Virus record (IMG/VR): IMGVR_UViG_3300032218_003490
Span: 1 to 25,689 of that record
Strand: one strand, 5' to 3'
Origin: a virus
Lineage: Duplodnaviria > Caudoviricetes
Length of the DNA stretch: 25,689 nt
Positions 25,101 to 25,689 of this stretch are shown in pieces. Below the pieces are notes generated by a model. The model ran no database searches, was not told where the DNA came from, and was given only the letters and a program-made list of their open reading frames with translations. The stretch's first letter is position 1; every line of letters begins with the position of its first letter. The position numbers were made by a program, and so were the translations under genes.

Positions 25101-25689
25101 TTAGATATTTAATTGACTCATTTGGTCTTGGTTTAACTGAAAGATCTAAACAACAATTAGTTGATATCTGTGGAGAAAGATTAGATGCTCTTGGAATATT
25201 GAATATGCCTTCAATGAAGTCATTCAAGAATTCATCATCTCCTTCTTTCGTAAATGCCGAAGGTGTTTTACAACTTGAGTATGTTGCCAAAGGTGGTGAT
25301 CCAGAAAGCTCTCCAGCATTCCTTTACTCATTTGGTGATGGAGCAGGAACAACAGCAGTAGGTTACTTTATGCCTTATGTAACTGTTAACGATAATGGTA
25401 GACCAGTAGATGTTCCACCAGCAGCTTGGGTAGCTTCAACTTATATGAGAAAACAAACTTCTAATGTAAGTGGAACAACTCCTTGGACAATCGCAGCGGG
25501 TGTTACTAATGGTAGAATTACTAATATAACAGCAACTGAGATGGACTTTACAGCTACTGACATCGAATGGATCAATCAAGCTCAAATGAACCCAATCGTG
25601 TTCAAGAGAAATAGAGGAAATGTAATTGAAACTGAAAACACAGCTCAAACACTTTACAAATCAGCTCTTTCATACTTACACGTTAGAGA
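22118..25689 (+). CDS. Contractile tail sheath protein, T4 gp18-like (3' truncated, >1190 aa)
   Basis: Not in the ORF track. N-terminus MAIQIGKYKRPGIFIEEFDNS...IGVSKKGPVNTP...IFG; C-terminal region VPPAAWVA...PWTIAAG..NG...MNPI...QT....SALSYLHVRE is in the same frame at the window end. Confidence 0.92.
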   Translation, partial: MAIQIGKYKRPGIFIEEFDNSIITTPIVEGITNMVIGVSKKGPVNTPIRLTTGNDLESIFGALDRGLERKGSFFHRTISKMLESSPVYAINLLSTDDTLDVIEYKSLSSSAVYNNDIEREGPYRRFFDTTGFWKRDTESFINLTKSNTGYADRAFSLTNLSDKYVTAFVFKSQVVGFDRTLVEWYGSIDKLPSYLNANDYASDYLVDVVVVSGDWSDYQNLAIDNRWSAYFNASGLVKGQIRNFANDRNVTLLAYYEGLSLIPYFRNAGGTNIFIETTINRDTDKTGLFCAFNADLVETDYYNGRLDLVGQTIAGINEAEIEFLSYKEKIAESIEITAVPLDLPGNVTALLGGGYGYSSGQNQHAFVDGLNNPLSSGIATNANNRTAYFAEGYVYNVELGATSSASASISVTYNVMDGAFAVIGNTQVPVSATTSLVIDATDYPNTGVTTSYVSTFILDSTGEILIVNNLTGVTTGSPTKPSVAASDIVLGYVEFKMIGGSIAKNLTSFNDINVDDNGFVDFTFGSSSSYDYFIATQSTADSGVIKIEFHNTNAAPSTNNYAQYRRFKMFNRLVDLIDSPNKNKMTLVLDTDGVTGEKASLSTMTISNIVTVSTSNKSFYLNTGLTDAKLANILNGTFIIYTVDNEFFLGTDSVITKDTVSTGTEGIVAKYSKFYSRFYDGIINTGDYFYGNKISTPGDTYTVVFIDGEVAAGTTSSYAGFNYVLFDGTDLDLQYGDQFIIPSATLNTGSFTNISGTNDSLSPTARATALGYSGYYAYEVNEEVVYEELLNVSLIYDYLKKHYLKMYLDNTNILEVAFMDEGFTATEAVDAEANNTFFIQSAKSNFKQTVEIELPTGYVQVPNKILIKGSRYTEVKVGDFLSAYYDETLLNVGEVPRKLTRILSKKQYAGDTSLVEVTCDARIATTNFSGDLQTTRYSSIENYATTYKAISLKGFRIRQASLPDGTETRQNAILNLVAKGTPLFKALTNKEAIDFRYLIDSFGLGLTERSKQQLVDICGERLDALGILNMPSMKSFKNSSSPSFVNAEGVLQLEYVAKGGDPESSPAFLYSFGDGAGTTAVGYFMPYVTVNDNGRPVDVPPAAWVASTYMRKQTSNVSGTTPWTIAAGVTNGRITNITATEMDFTATDIEWINQAQMNPIVFKRNRGNVIETENTAQTLYKSALSYLHVR

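Noticed and set aside
18601-25648. Minus-strand and off-frame ORFs inside the 960-aa, 188-aa and sheath genes
   Set aside because: Shadow ORFs; the long + strand frames carry recognisable motifs.
17-25689. Stop-codon reassignment, as seen in some huge phages
   Set aside because: Core genes are intact in code 11. TAG (11081, 22055) and TGA (2680) act as stops at sensible gene ends.

Overview
This AT-rich window comes from a large T4-superfamily (jumbo-like) myophage genome read in the standard genetic code. The host is most likely Bacteroidota: there is a TTTG-N19-TAnnTTTG promoter, no Shine-Dalgarno motifs, a signal peptide followed by Gln, a Bacteroidota-like ClpS and a DUF6576-like domain. 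Bases 1-16 are untrimmed Illumina adapter. T4-like core genes are scattered on both strands: portal (5' part, missed by the ORF track), gp2, gp4, gp55 late sigma, gp15, gp44 clamp loader, gp25, TerL, a probable TerS, and a >1190-aa tail sheath (missed by the ORF track, runs off the end). Accessory genes include glutamine synthetase II, ClpS, two HAD proteins, a GNAT, a cysteine hydrolase, an HExxH metallopeptidase and a LysM-containing 960-aa protein. Two patterns stand out. (1) At least six unrelated proteins share an N-terminal M-[KR]-[HYF]-[LI]-[KR]-x-F-E-type tag resembling a T4 capsid-targeting/prohead-protease leader, which suggests a set of virion-packaged enzymes. (2) Three promoter classes can be read from the DNA: host sigma-A type, AAAC-N16-TATA before non-structural genes, and (T)WATATATA before most structural and tagged genes, including palindromic bidirectional sites. 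All protein calls come from motif recognition by eye; no searches were run.
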